The notes below the pieces were generated by a model. It saw nothing but the letters and a program-made list of their open reading frames with translations. It ran no database searches and was not told the DNA's origin. The translations under genes and the position numbers were made by a program. A DNA stretch of 64,000 nt, taken from assembly GCA_045110335.1 (NCBI GenBank), contig JBGCGB010000005.1:9603-73602 (forward strand). The letters are read 5' to 3'. The stretch's first letter is position 1. Every line of letters begins with the position of its first letter. Shown here piece after piece: positions 19,931-29,727 of this stretch. This DNA is from Woeseiaceae bacterium (lineage in GTDB: Bacteria; Pseudomonadota; Gammaproteobacteria; Steroidobacterales; Woeseiaceae).

Positions 19931-20685
19931 CGCATTTCGGTGTGGTGAGTTTGTTTCCGGAGCAAGTCGACCAACTCGGAAAATTTGGTGTTGTCGGGAG
20001 AGGGATCCAAGCGGGGCATGTCGGTATGACGTGTTTCAACCCAAGGGATTTTACTGATGACAAGCATCGTACGGTGGATGACCGACCTTTTGGCGGCGGA
20101 CCCGGCATGGTGATGAGATATGAGCCTTGGGTGGGTGCGATACGCGCTGCCAAGGAGCAGCGTCCCGACGCGAAGTGCATTGCACTGACGCCGCAGGGGT
20201 TGCGGTTTGATCAGGCGGTGGCGAGGCGATGTGCCGACATGCCGAGCTTGATTTTGGTCGCGGGTAGATATGAAGGTTTCGATGAGCGAATCATCGAGGC
20301 CGAGATTGATGAAGAATGGTCGCTTGGTGATTTTGTACTGAGCGGCGGCGAGTTAGCGGCGATGGCAATCATTGATTGCGTTGCTCGGCTAACGCCCGGA
20401 GTATTGGGGCACGAAGCGTCAGCAGTTGAGGACTCGTTTAGCGAGGGGCTGTTGGACTTTCCGCACTACACCCGGCCGCCGGAGATCGAAGGTCGGTTGG
20501 CACCGTCAGTGTTGTTGGGTGGCGATCATGCCGCGATTGCACGGTGGCGCAGGTCACAAGCGCTAGGGCGTACCTGGCTGCGGAGACCGGAGTTGTTAGC
20601 GGCGATGGACTTGTCCGATGAGGACACGGCATTGCTGGAAACGTTTAAGGCGACATTCCAAAGTGAGTGTCCGGACATTGAATGA
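19927..20685 (+). CDS. trmD: tRNA (guanine37-N1)-methyltransferase TrmD
   Basis: FGVVSLFPE..., DDRPFGGGPGMVM and GRYEGFDERI. I place the start at GTG 19927, which overlaps the rimM stop (GTGA). Confidence 0.93.
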   Translation: MTHFGVVSLFPEQVDQLGKFGVVGRGIQAGHVGMTCFNPRDFTDDKHRTVDDRPFGGGPGMVMRYEPWVGAIRAAKEQRPDAKCIALTPQGLRFDQAVARRCADMPSLILVAGRYEGFDERIIEAEIDEEWSLGDFVLSGGELAAMAIIDCVARLTPGVLGHEASAVEDSFSEGLLDFPHYTRPPEIEGRLAPSVLLGGDHAAIARWRRSQALGRTWLRRPELLAAMDLSDEDTALLETFKATFQSECPDIE

Positions 20686-20716
20686 GCGCGCCGTGAGGCG
20701 CAAATAGGTGAGAAAA

Positions 20717-21061
20717 ATGAGCAAAATCATCGATGCAATTGACCAAGAACAAATGGGTCGCGACATTCCGGAATTTGGGCCGGGCGACACCGTTGTTGTT
20801 CAAGTAAAAGTGAAAGAGGGCGATCGCGAGCGTCTGCAGTCATACGAAGGTGTCGTGATTGCCAAGAAAAACCGCGGCGTAAACTCTTCGTTCACAGTCC
20901 GCAAGATTTCGCATGGCGAAGGCGTAGAGCGTGTTTTCCAGACTTATAGCAACGGCATTGGCAATATTGAAGTCAAACGTCGCGGTGATGTTCGTCGTGC
21001 GAAACTCTACTACCTACGTGGTCTAACTGGTAAAGCCGCGCGTATTCGCGAAAAAATCTAA
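20717..21061 (+). CDS. rplS: 50S ribosomal protein L19
   Basis: [13 protein letters not shown]...[35 protein letters not shown] is canonical L19. Confidence 0.95.
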   Translation: MSKIIDAIDQEQMGRDIPEFGPGDTVVVQVKVKEGDRERLQSYEGVVIAKKNRGVNSSFTVRKISHGEGVERVFQTYSNGIGNIEVKRRGDVRRAKLYYLRGLTGKAARIREKI

Positions 21062-21162
21062 CTTGTCGAGACAGGTGCTTTGCGTTCTGACGCGCCTCGG
21101 TGCGGAACTCGAAGGCCGGTTTACGAGTCATAGATTGCATCATGTTGAATGATGGAATATCC

Positions 21163-22023
21163 ATGCAAAGACGACTGATCAGAAATGCCGTGCTTTTGCT
21201 CTCGCTGGTGGCTATCGCCGGCTGTGGCGGCATCGTTTCGTCGGCAGCTAGCAAGTTTGCGGATGATTTGGGGATGGCCGTGCTAAACCAGCCTGATCCA
21301 GAGATTGTCCGGGATGGCGCACCATCCTATCTGTTGTTGTTGGACAGTCTGCTTGAAGGCAGTCCTGATGACCCGGCTTTGTTATCGGCGGCGGCAGATC
21401 TCTACGCCGCCTATGGTGCCGTTTTCGCTCGCGATGCCAACCGTGCAGCCATCCTCACCAATCGTGCACTGAATTACGCTGAACGCTCGGTTTGCCTCAC
21501 TTACGAAGTCGGGTGTGATTGGCCATCGATTACGTTCGATGAGTTCGAGGCGTCGTTGGTTGACCTGGAAGAAGAGCATTTGCCTTACGCAACAAGCTAT
21601 GCAGTTGCGTCTCTCGCCTACATTCGTGCACACAGCGACGACTGGGCGGCCCTCGCAAGACTTCCGCATATTGAGGCCCTGTTGCTCAAGCTAGAGCCTT
21701 TTAGCGAAGGCGTTGCACTCGGCGCTGTCTACAACTATCTCGGAATTTTGAATACGCTCCGTCCGCCCGCTCTGGGCGGGCAGCCGGAAGTCGGCAAAGA
21801 CTATTTTGAGAAGGCGATCGCACTCACCGAAGGCAAGGACTTGGCGATCAAAGTCGAGTATGCCCGGGGCTATGCGCGGCTGCTGTACGAGCAAGAACTC
21901 CACGATCGCTTGCTGAACGAGGTGCTTAACGGTGATACCGAAGCGCCAGGGTTAACGTTGACGAATACACTGGCCAAACGAGATGCCGAAACGCTGCTAA
22001 GTAGCGGCGCTGACTATTTCTAG
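21163..22023 (+). CDS. tatT: TRAP transporter TatT-component family lipoprotein (TPR-like)
   Basis: Lipobox LVAIAGCGG. DPEIVRDGAPSYLLLLDSLL...LLSAAADLYAAYGAVF matches the TatT family as I recall it. It lies directly upstream of dctPQM. Confidence 0.8.
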   Translation: MQRRLIRNAVLLLSLVAIAGCGGIVSSAASKFADDLGMAVLNQPDPEIVRDGAPSYLLLLDSLLEGSPDDPALLSAAADLYAAYGAVFARDANRAAILTNRALNYAERSVCLTYEVGCDWPSITFDEFEASLVDLEEEHLPYATSYAVASLAYIRAHSDDWAALARLPHIEALLLKLEPFSEGVALGAVYNYLGILNTLRPPALGGQPEVGKDYFEKAIALTEGKDLAIKVEYARGYARLLYEQELHDRLLNEVLNGDTEAPGLTLTNTLAKRDAETLLSSGADYF

Positions 22024-22173
22024 CATCTTTGGTGACAAAGCCGTCACTGGTCGGGTCTTCATAGTTAACGATTCGTCAAGCTATCTGTTCACGGAACATT
22101 CATCTATAAACCGTTATTATTCGAATATATAGACAAGGATCGTTGTCACTTTCCGGACACGGAGATTTAACCG

Positions 22174-23184
22174 ATGAAAAACTTTTTCAGTATTCTTTTG
22201 GCGGGCATGCTCATGTTCGCTGCCAGCGCCGCGGGCGCAGAAACCTTCAAGCTTGCGACGATTGCACCTGAAAATTCACAGTGGATGCGCGACATGCGTG
22301 CCGGGGCGAAAGTCATCAAGGAACGCACCGATGGTCGCGTCGTGATCAAGCTCTTTGGCGGCGGCGTCATGGGTAACGACAAGAAGGTACTGCGCAAGAT
22401 TCGCATTGGCCAGTTGCATGGTGGCGCTTTTACCGCCGGCAGCATGATGGAACGCTATCCGGACCTGTCAATCTATGGTCTACCATTGTTGTTTAATTCG
22501 CAGGCCGAAGTCGATCATGTCCGGGCTAAGCTGGATGCGGGTTTGAAGCAAGGTCTCGAAGACGAAGGTTTTGTTAGTTTCGGTTTTGCGGGTGGCGGTT
22601 TCGCCATGGTGCTCGGCAACAAAGCCGTTCGAAATCTGGACGATCTGAAGGGTCAGAAAGTCTGGGTGCCTGAAGGCGACGAGATCAGCTATGCCGGCAT
22701 GGAGGCGTTAGATCTTTCTCCGGTCACGTTACCCGTAACGGATGTGTTGACGGGTTTGCAAACCGGACTGTTGGATATTGTCGCGACGCCGCCGGTCGGT
22801 GCGCTGGTTTTGCAATGGCATACCAAAGTCAAATACGGCACACCGGTTCCATTGGTTTACACGATGGCTTTCATCGCAATCGATAAGAAGCGTTTTGACC
22901 GGATTGCACCGGCGGATCAAGCCATCGTTGCTGAAGTCCTCGGTGATATCTATACCGAGTTCGAGCAAGTGAATCGTGTGGACAACGAAAAAGCCTTCGA
23001 CGCACTCAAAAGCGTGGGTATTGAAATGGTCGACCTGGAAGCCGGGCAGGTTGATGCCTGGCGCACCGAAGTCTCCAAGGCGAACCAAGCACTCGCATCG
23101 AAAGGGGTGTTTTCCGAATCACTTTACGCGGAATTGAAAGCGCTGCTTGCGGACTACCGGTCCCGCGATGGCGCGGCTGACTAA
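22174..23184 (+). CDS. TRAP transporter substrate-binding protein (DctP family)
   Basis: Signal peptide plus a DctP-type fold sequence (FKLATIAPENSQWMRDM...). Confidence 0.9.
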   Translation: MKNFFSILLAGMLMFAASAAGAETFKLATIAPENSQWMRDMRAGAKVIKERTDGRVVIKLFGGGVMGNDKKVLRKIRIGQLHGGAFTAGSMMERYPDLSIYGLPLLFNSQAEVDHVRAKLDAGLKQGLEDEGFVSFGFAGGGFAMVLGNKAVRNLDDLKGQKVWVPEGDEISYAGMEALDLSPVTLPVTDVLTGLQTGLLDIVATPPVGALVLQWHTKVKYGTPVPLVYTMAFIAIDKKRFDRIAPADQAIVAEVLGDIYTEFEQVNRVDNEKAFDALKSVGIEMVDLEAGQVDAWRTEVSKANQALASKGVFSESLYAELKALLADYRSRDGAAD

Positions 23185-23202
23185 CGCACGGCGCGTTCTG
23201 AG

Positions 23203-23715
23203 ATGCTGAAAAAACTCGCGCGGCTGGGTGCGCTCGCCGAAGATACCGCGTTGGTACTTTTACTGGGCGCTATGGTTGTTCTAGCCAGTAGCCAGATCAT
23301 CTTGCGCAACGGCTTTGGTGAAGGTTTCGTCTGGGCGGATGAGTCTTTACGGTTGATGGTGCTCTGGTTAGCATTGGTCGGTTCGATTGCGGCGAGCCGG
23401 GCTGACAAACATATTTCGATCAACGTGCTCGCACGCTTCCTGCCACCGACCGGCCAAGTGATCGCGCGTATCGTGACCAATGCGTTTACAGCCGCAGTTT
23501 GTATGTTGGTCGGCTACTTCGCATTGCAGTTCGTTATGCAGTCTCGTGAGTTTGAAGACGAACTGCTGGGCGGCTTACCGGCATGGTGGTTTCAGTGGAT
23601 CATGCCTGTTGCATTTTTCCTAATGGGCTGGCGTTACTTTTGTTTTTTCGTGGTGGATGTTTGGTCGCTTTTGTCTCGTCAGTCCACGGACGAAGAGTCA
23701 GAGGCTAAAGCATGA
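23203..23715 (+). CDS. TRAP transporter small permease (DctQ family)
   Basis: 170 aa with 4 TM segments, lying between the DctP and DctM genes. Confidence 0.85.
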   Translation: MLKKLARLGALAEDTALVLLLGAMVVLASSQIILRNGFGEGFVWADESLRLMVLWLALVGSIAASRADKHISINVLARFLPPTGQVIARIVTNAFTAAVCMLVGYFALQFVMQSREFEDELLGGLPAWWFQWIMPVAFFLMGWRYFCFFVVDVWSLLSRQSTDEESEAKA

Positions 23716-24971
23716 TCATCCTCGTCGGCTTATTACTCGCGCTGGTTGCGCTTTTTGGTGCGCCGTTGTTTGCGATTATTGCTGCCAGCGCGATGTGGTC
23801 GTATTACCGGGAAGACATTGATCTTTCCGCGTTGGCGATCGAGTTTTTTTCTATTGCTGAGATGCCGGTCTTGCTGGCTATCCCATTATTCACGTTTGCC
23901 GGTTATTTGCTAAGCGAAAGTCAGGCGCCGAGTCGACTAGTACGATTGACTCGCGCTGTGCTGGGTTGGATGCCTGGCGGACTCGCCATTGTTTCATTGG
24001 CAGCCTGTGCGTTTTTTACCGCCTTCACCGGTGCCTCGGGCGTTACCATCATCGCGATCGGTGCGATTCTGTTTCCGGCATTGGCGGAGGCCGGTTACAA
24101 CGAAAAGTTTAACCTCGGCTTGGTTACATCGGCGGGTAGCCTCGGGTTGTTGTTCGCCCCTTCGTTGCCGCTCATTTTGTATGGCATCGTGGCGCAGGTG
24201 CCGATTGACGATCTGTTTATCGCCGGCGTGTTGCCCGGGTTTCTGATGTTAGTGATGCTGGCAGGCTATAGTCTTTGGGCGAACCGCGGTCAACGTCAAA
24301 CATTGACCCGTTTCTCATGGAAGAATGTAGGCGCTGCCTTACGTGAAAGCGCTTGGGAGTTGCCGCTGCCGATTGTCGTGCTTGGTGGTATCTACTCCGG
24401 TTACTTCGCGGTTTCTGAAGCCGCTGCCGTTACCGCCCTCTATGCGGTGATTGTCGAAGTGTTGATCCTTCGCGAGATTCCGTTCTCGCGGTTGCCGGGC
24501 ATCATGCGTGAGTCGATGCTCTTGGTGGGCGGCATTCTGGTCATTCTTGGTGTCTCACTTGCGTCGACGAACGTGATGATTGATGCGGGCGTGCCGCAAC
24601 AATTGTTGGCCTGGATCAGCGGTTTCGTCGATGGTCAGGTTAGCTTCCTGCTGCTGTTGCTGCTGTTTTTACTTGTACTAGGTGCGATATTGGATATCTT
24701 CTCGGCCTTGGTGCTGGTCGTACCGTTAATTTTGCCCGTGGCTTTGCAGTACGGCATTGAACCTGTGCATCTCGGCATGATCTTCCTGTCTGCCATGCAG
24801 TTGGGCTATCTGACGCCACCTGTCGGTCTAAACCTTTTCATCGCCAGCTACCGATTCGATCGACCGATTACCGAGGTTTACTCGGCGACATTCCCGTTCC
24901 TGATTATCCTGATGCTCTCGGTTGTTGTGATCACATTCTGGCCGCAGCTTTCACTGGTTTTCCTGCAATAG
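23712..24971 (+). CDS. TRAP transporter large permease (DctM family)
   Basis: 419 aa, about 12 TM segments, with a 4-nt overlap with the DctQ gene. Confidence 0.9.
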   Translation: MIILVGLLLALVALFGAPLFAIIAASAMWSYYREDIDLSALAIEFFSIAEMPVLLAIPLFTFAGYLLSESQAPSRLVRLTRAVLGWMPGGLAIVSLAACAFFTAFTGASGVTIIAIGAILFPALAEAGYNEKFNLGLVTSAGSLGLLFAPSLPLILYGIVAQVPIDDLFIAGVLPGFLMLVMLAGYSLWANRGQRQTLTRFSWKNVGAALRESAWELPLPIVVLGGIYSGYFAVSEAAAVTALYAVIVEVLILREIPFSRLPGIMRESMLLVGGILVILGVSLASTNVMIDAGVPQQLLAWISGFVDGQVSFLLLLLLFLLVLGAILDIFSALVLVVPLILPVALQYGIEPVHLGMIFLSAMQLGYLTPPVGLNLFIASYRFDRPITEVYSATFPFLIILMLSVVVITFWPQLSLVFLQ

Positions 24972-25034
24972 AGACTGCTGTTTGGGCGATTTTCCGGTAC
25001 GCTTAGACGCTTGATCCGTACAAGGTACCCGTCG

Positions 25035-26888
25035 ATGCAACCCAATCGCCCCAATATTATCGTTCGTTTTTTCTCGGCCATCTGGCGCGGCTTCAATGCG
25101 CTACGAAAAGTGCTTCACTTTTTGCTATTGGCCACGATTTTCCTATTCATATTTACGGTTCTCGCGCCCGATGCACCCCAGCTTCCTGAACGCGCGGCAT
25201 TAGTGATCAACCCGCAAGGGGTCATTACCGAGCAACTCGCCGGTACGCCGTTTGATCGCGCGATTGATGAATTGACGGGGCAAGCGGTTGCCCAAACTTT
25301 GGTTCGGGATGTTATCGATGCGCTCGAATATGCGGCGACCGACGATCGAATCGGTGCCGTTTATTTGAGTACGGAAGGACTCATGTCTGGCGGCATAACA
25401 AAGCTGGACGCTATCGCCGAGGCGATTGAAGCCTTTCAGTCATCGGGCAAGCCCGTGATCGCATCCGGCGCCTACTATTCCCAGTCCGGTTTTTATCTTG
25501 CATCGTTCGCCGATGAGGTTTATCTCGATCCAAATGGAGCCGTGCTGGCCAATGGCTATGGGCGGTTCCGCAACTACTACGCGGAAGCAATCGAGAAGCT
25601 TTCCATTACGTGGAATGTCTATAAAGTCGGTACGCACAAGAGTTTTGTTGAGCCGTACACTCGCAATTCGATGTCGGACGCCGACCGTGAGAATTCACTA
25701 GGCTACCTCGGCCAACTTTGGACGACCTACGTAAATGACGTCACCGAAGCACGAGGCCTTGAAGCGGGTGTTTTGCAAAGTCTTGCGGACGACTTTGATG
25801 TTGAGCTGGCAAAAGACAACGGTGATATGGCGCAGACGGCGTTACGCATGAAGCTGGTCGATGGATTGATGACAGCGACAGAGATGCGTCAAAAGATGAT
25901 CGCACTTGTTGGCGAGAACGAGAACGATGACAGCACGTTTAGCCAGATTGGCTTCACGGAGTATGTGGCCACTCAACGTTTGTTAACGCCAGAAATTGAA
26001 GGTGACAATGTCGTCGCTATTGTTGTCGCGTCAGGGAGTATTGTTGACGGTTCGGCACCGCCGGGACAGATCGGCGGGGATTCGACGGCGCGACTATTGC
26101 GCGATGCGCGCACCGATGAAAAAGTACAGGCGGTTGTTTTACGGGTCGATAGCGGCGGCGGTAGCGCATTTGCTTCCGACGTGATCCTGCAAGAAATCGA
26201 GAACCTGAAAGCCGCTGGTAAGCCGGTCATCGCTTCGATGGGTGGCGTTGCGGCATCGGGTGGTTATTGGATATCGATGGCAGCCGATCAAATTGTCGCA
26301 GAGCCGGCAACCATCACCGGTTCTATCGGCATTTTTGCGATGATCCCAACATTTGAAGATTCTCTCGCGCGTCTGGGCGTCTACACGGATGGGGTTGGTA
26401 CGGCCAAGCTCACCAATGCCTTGCGCGCCGATCAGACACCGAGCGAGCAAGTCAACCGGATCATGCAGATGAGTATTGAACAAGGCTATGACCAATTCAT
26501 CAGCAAAGTGGCAAGCTACCGCGGCATGGAAAAGTCAGCGGTAGATGCAGTCGCTCAAGGTAAAGTCTGGAGCGGCGTAGCGGCGCTGGAGTTCGGCCTC
26601 GTCGATACATTGGGTGATCTAAATGATGCCGTTAGCATCGCGGCCGAGCGTGCAGGATTGGATAGTTACGATACGCGGATCATCGAACCCGAGCTCTCCG
26701 AAGAAGAGGCGTTGTTACTGAATATCATTGACGGATCGGCACGTTTAGGTTTCTCGCCGCAATTACTATTACCGAAGAGAACCCGTATCGGTGGGCTGCT
26801 TGGTATTGCCGAGCAACAACTCGAGAATATCGCGCGTTTCAACGACCCTCGTGGTATCTACCTCGAGTGCTTCTGCGAAGTGGACTAG
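25035..26888 (+). CDS. sppA: Signal peptide peptidase SppA, 67K type
   Basis: N-terminal TM segment and two tandem ClpP/crotonase-like S49 domains (GGYWISMAADQIVAEPATITGSIG). I place the start at ATG 25035. Confidence 0.9.
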   Translation: MQPNRPNIIVRFFSAIWRGFNALRKVLHFLLLATIFLFIFTVLAPDAPQLPERAALVINPQGVITEQLAGTPFDRAIDELTGQAVAQTLVRDVIDALEYAATDDRIGAVYLSTEGLMSGGITKLDAIAEAIEAFQSSGKPVIASGAYYSQSGFYLASFADEVYLDPNGAVLANGYGRFRNYYAEAIEKLSITWNVYKVGTHKSFVEPYTRNSMSDADRENSLGYLGQLWTTYVNDVTEARGLEAGVLQSLADDFDVELAKDNGDMAQTALRMKLVDGLMTATEMRQKMIALVGENENDDSTFSQIGFTEYVATQRLLTPEIEGDNVVAIVVASGSIVDGSAPPGQIGGDSTARLLRDARTDEKVQAVVLRVDSGGGSAFASDVILQEIENLKAAGKPVIASMGGVAASGGYWISMAADQIVAEPATITGSIGIFAMIPTFEDSLARLGVYTDGVGTAKLTNALRADQTPSEQVNRIMQMSIEQGYDQFISKVASYRGMEKSAVDAVAQGKVWSGVAALEFGLVDTLGDLNDAVSIAAERAGLDSYDTRIIEPELSEEEALLLNIIDGSARLGFSPQLLLPKRTRIGGLLGIAEQQLENIARFNDPRGIYLECFCEVD

Positions 26889-26899
26889 CTAAGTTTGTG

Positions 26900-26925
26900 T
26901 TGGCGCGGTCATTGGGCCGCGCCAA
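26900..26925. terminator. Hairpin between convergent sppA and tdh
   Basis: TTGGCGCGG-tcattggg-CCGCGCCAA, a perfect 9-bp GC-rich stem. Confidence 0.45.
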
Positions 26926-27003
26926 CTGTTCGGTTGCTAGCGCTAACTAGGAACTTTCGCCCAGTTCATGAGGGTCGAAGATAAAAGGGTCAGCAAAGCC
27001 ATA

Positions 27004-28032
27004 TCAGGCCGCCCAGTTTAGAATGACTTTACCCGACTGGCCGCTATTCATGATCTCAAAGGCTTCCTGAAAGTCTTGCAGATCGAAATGATGCGTGATG
27101 ATGGGCTGAAGGTTTAAACCGCTCTTGAGCATGCTGCTCATCTTGTACCACGTCTCGAACATTTCCCGTCCGTAGATGCCTTTTAGCACCAGGCCTTTAA
27201 AGATGATCTGATTCCAGTCAACCGCGGTGTCATCGGGTGGAATGCCGAGCAAGGCGACGTTACCGCCATGGTGCATGACGCGAATCAATTCTCTTAGAGC
27301 ATCACCGTTACCGGACATCTCCAACCCTACGTCGAAACCTTCGACCATGCCTAGCGATTGCATGGCCTCATCAATCGACTCTCGTGTCACGTTGATCGTG
27401 CGGCTGGCGCCCATCTGTGCAGCCAATGACAAACGATAGTCGTTGACGTCCGTGATGACGATATGGCGCGCGCCGGCATGGCGGGCAATGGCGACCGCCA
27501 TGATGCCGATCGGGCCGGCACCGGTAATGAGTACGTCTTCGCCAACGAGGTCAAACGAAAGTGCCGTATGCGTCGCATTGCCCAAGGGATCGAGGATGGC
27601 CGCAATGTCATCGCTGATTTCGTCGTCGAGCTTGAAAATGTTCGATGCCGGCACTGCGATAAGCTCCGCAAAAGCACCAGGTCGGTTAACGCCGATGCCA
27701 ACGGTGTTAATGCACAAGTGTCGGCGACCAGCGCGGCAGTTACGGCAAACGCCACAAGTGATGTGTCCTTCGGCAGAAACGCGGTCTCCGACGGCATAAC
27801 CCCAAACCTCACTGCCGCATTCGACAATGACACCGGAGAACTCGTGCCCGACCGCCATGGGGACCGGTATCGTGGCTTTCGCCCAGTCGTCCCAGCGGTA
27901 GATATGAATATCCGTCCCGCAGATAGCCGTGCGTTGCACTTTTATCAACACATCGTTTGGACCGATCACCGGCTCGGCGATGTCTTCCAGCCAAATACCG
28001 GGTTCTGCTCTTTTTTTGGTCAATGCTTTCAT
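27004..28032 (-). CDS. tdh: L-threonine 3-dehydrogenase
   Basis: 342-aa Zn-dependent ADH (GHEFSG, structural Zn Cys cluster [21 protein letters not shown]). Collinear with kbl as in E. coli. Confidence 0.95.
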   Translation of the reverse strand: MKALTKKRAEPGIWLEDIAEPVIGPNDVLIKVQRTAICGTDIHIYRWDDWAKATIPVPMAVGHEFSGVIVECGSEVWGYAVGDRVSAEGHITCGVCRNCRAGRRHLCINTVGIGVNRPGAFAELIAVPASNIFKLDDEISDDIAAILDPLGNATHTALSFDLVGEDVLITGAGPIGIMAVAIARHAGARHIVITDVNDYRLSLAAQMGASRTINVTRESIDEAMQSLGMVEGFDVGLEMSGNGDALRELIRVMHHGGNVALLGIPPDDTAVDWNQIIFKGLVLKGIYGREMFETWYKMSSMLKSGLNLQPIITHHFDLQDFQEAFEIMNSGQSGKVILNWAA

Positions 28033-28037
28033 GATGG

Positions 28038-29225
28038 CTAACCTATTACATTGAAACGCTTGCCGACTTTTTCGAATGCCGCGATGGCACGATCAAGATC
28101 TTCCAAAGTATGGCCCGCTGACATCTGTGTGCGGATACGCGCTTGTCCTTTTGGAACGACCGGGAACGCAAAGCCGACGACATAAACGCCTTCGTCGAGG
28201 AGCGCGGTGGCCATATCAGTAGCCAGTTTGGCATCGCCTAGCATCACCGGGATGATCGGGTGTTCGCCGGGCAACAGTTCGAAGCCCAGTGCTGTCATCT
28301 TGTCGCGGAAGTACGCCGTGTTTCGAAACAGGTTCTCACGCAGCGACGAGTCTTCGTCGATCAAATCAAGCACGCGTAGTGATGTGGCGGCAATAGTTGG
28401 CGCCAATGTGTTGGAAAACAGGTAAGGGCGAGAACGTTGCCTTAGCCAACCGATGACTTCCTTGCGTCCGGATGTGTAGCCACCGGATGCACCGCCCAAA
28501 GCCTTACCCAGTGTGCCGGTGATAATGTCGATATGGCCCATGAGATCATGATGTTCTTGTGTGCCGCGACCGGACTTGCCGAGGAAGCCTGTCGCGTGAC
28601 AGTCGTCCATCATGATCATCGCATCGTACCGATCGGCCAGGGCGCGAATGGCGGGAAGATCGGCAATGGTGCCATCCATCGAGAAAACGCCGTCCGTCGC
28701 GATCACTCGAGTTCTCGCATCTTTAGCGGCGATCAGTTGTGTTTCCAGATCTGCCATGTCGTTATGTTTGAATCTGAACCGTTGTGCTTTGCAAAGGCGA
28801 ATGCCATCAATAATGCTGGCATGATTCAACGCGTCACTGATGACTGCATCTTCCGGACCAAGGATGGTTTCGAACAATCCGCCGTTCGCGTCAAAGCAAG
28901 ATGGGTAAAGAATGGTGTCTTCGGTGCCGAGAAATTCGGCGATACGTTTTTCCAGCGCATCATGGATGGTTTGAGTGCCGCAAATAAATCGGACCGAAGC
29001 CATGCCGAATCCGAAGTCATCCAATGCTTGATGGGCAGCCTTAACGACGGCCGGGTGATTGGCTAGCCCCAAATAGTTGTTCGCGCAAAGATTGATGACC
29101 TCTTGGCCGGCAACAGACACTTCTGCTTGCTGGGGGCCTTCAATGAGACGTTCGGTCTTGAACAGGCCCTGGTCTCGGAGCTGCTCGGTATCCGCCGCCA
29201 GTTGATTGAGATAATCTGTTAACAC
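28038..29225 (-). CDS. kbl: Glycine C-acetyltransferase (2-amino-3-ketobutyrate CoA ligase)
   Basis: [10 protein letters not shown]-type motif ([15 protein letters not shown]), [11 protein letters not shown], and PLP-Lys GTLGKALGG. Alignment with E. coli Kbl puts the start at GTG 29225, preceded by GGAGAG; the 426-aa track ORF is over-extended. Confidence 0.93.
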   Translation of the reverse strand: MLTDYLNQLAADTEQLRDQGLFKTERLIEGPQQAEVSVAGQEVINLCANNYLGLANHPAVVKAAHQALDDFGFGMASVRFICGTQTIHDALEKRIAEFLGTEDTILYPSCFDANGGLFETILGPEDAVISDALNHASIIDGIRLCKAQRFRFKHNDMADLETQLIAAKDARTRVIATDGVFSMDGTIADLPAIRALADRYDAMIMMDDCHATGFLGKSGRGTQEHHDLMGHIDIITGTLGKALGGASGGYTSGRKEVIGWLRQRSRPYLFSNTLAPTIAATSLRVLDLIDEDSSLRENLFRNTAYFRDKMTALGFELLPGEHPIIPVMLGDAKLATDMATALLDEGVYVVGFAFPVVPKGQARIRTQMSAGHTLEDLDRAIAAFEKVGKRFNVIG

Positions 29226-29277
29226 GCAAGGCTCTCCGTTTGGTGGGCTGTCCTTAACTATATCATTTGAAACCAAT

Positions 29278-29661
29278 ATGACCGAACAACTTCGCGTCGA
29301 TAAGTTCTTATTTTTCACCCGGTTCTTTAAAACACGCGGTCAAGCAGCTACTGCCGTGTCGGGCGGCCATGTCTCACGTGATGGTGATCGGCTGAAAGCG
29401 TCACAGCCGGTCCGGATCGGCGACAAACTTACGATTACCAAAGAGCGTTTTACTTATCACGTGGAAGTGGTCGCCATTCCTGGGCGAAGGGGCCCCGCTC
29501 CGGAAGCGCGCGCCTGCTATGAAGAAACCGCAGAGAGCTTGGAAAAGCGCGAATCCTTGCGTGATTCATTGCGTCAGGATCGCCTCGGGATGCCGATGAC
29601 GAAGGGGCGGCCGGACAAGCATACCCGTCGCCAAATTCGCGCGTTTAAGGATCGCGATTAA
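29278..29661 (+). CDS. hslR: Ribosome-associated heat shock protein Hsp15 (S4 RNA-binding domain)
   Basis: [49 protein letters not shown] is an S4 domain. A basic C-terminal tail follows. Confidence 0.85.
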   Translation: MTEQLRVDKFLFFTRFFKTRGQAATAVSGGHVSRDGDRLKASQPVRIGDKLTITKERFTYHVEVVAIPGRRGPAPEARACYEETAESLEKRESLRDSLRQDRLGMPMTKGRPDKHTRRQIRAFKDRD

Positions 29662-29727
29662 CGGTTGACGGTAGGCTATACTCCGGCTTTGTGTTCAGCA
29701 GGCTTCAGGGCCGCACAGGAGGCTGTT

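Noticed and set aside
28038-29318. The full 426-aa ORF as the kbl gene.
   Set aside because: The first 31 codons have no counterpart in Kbl proteins. A GTG at 29225 with a GGAGAG Shine-Dalgarno sequence gives the expected N-terminus.
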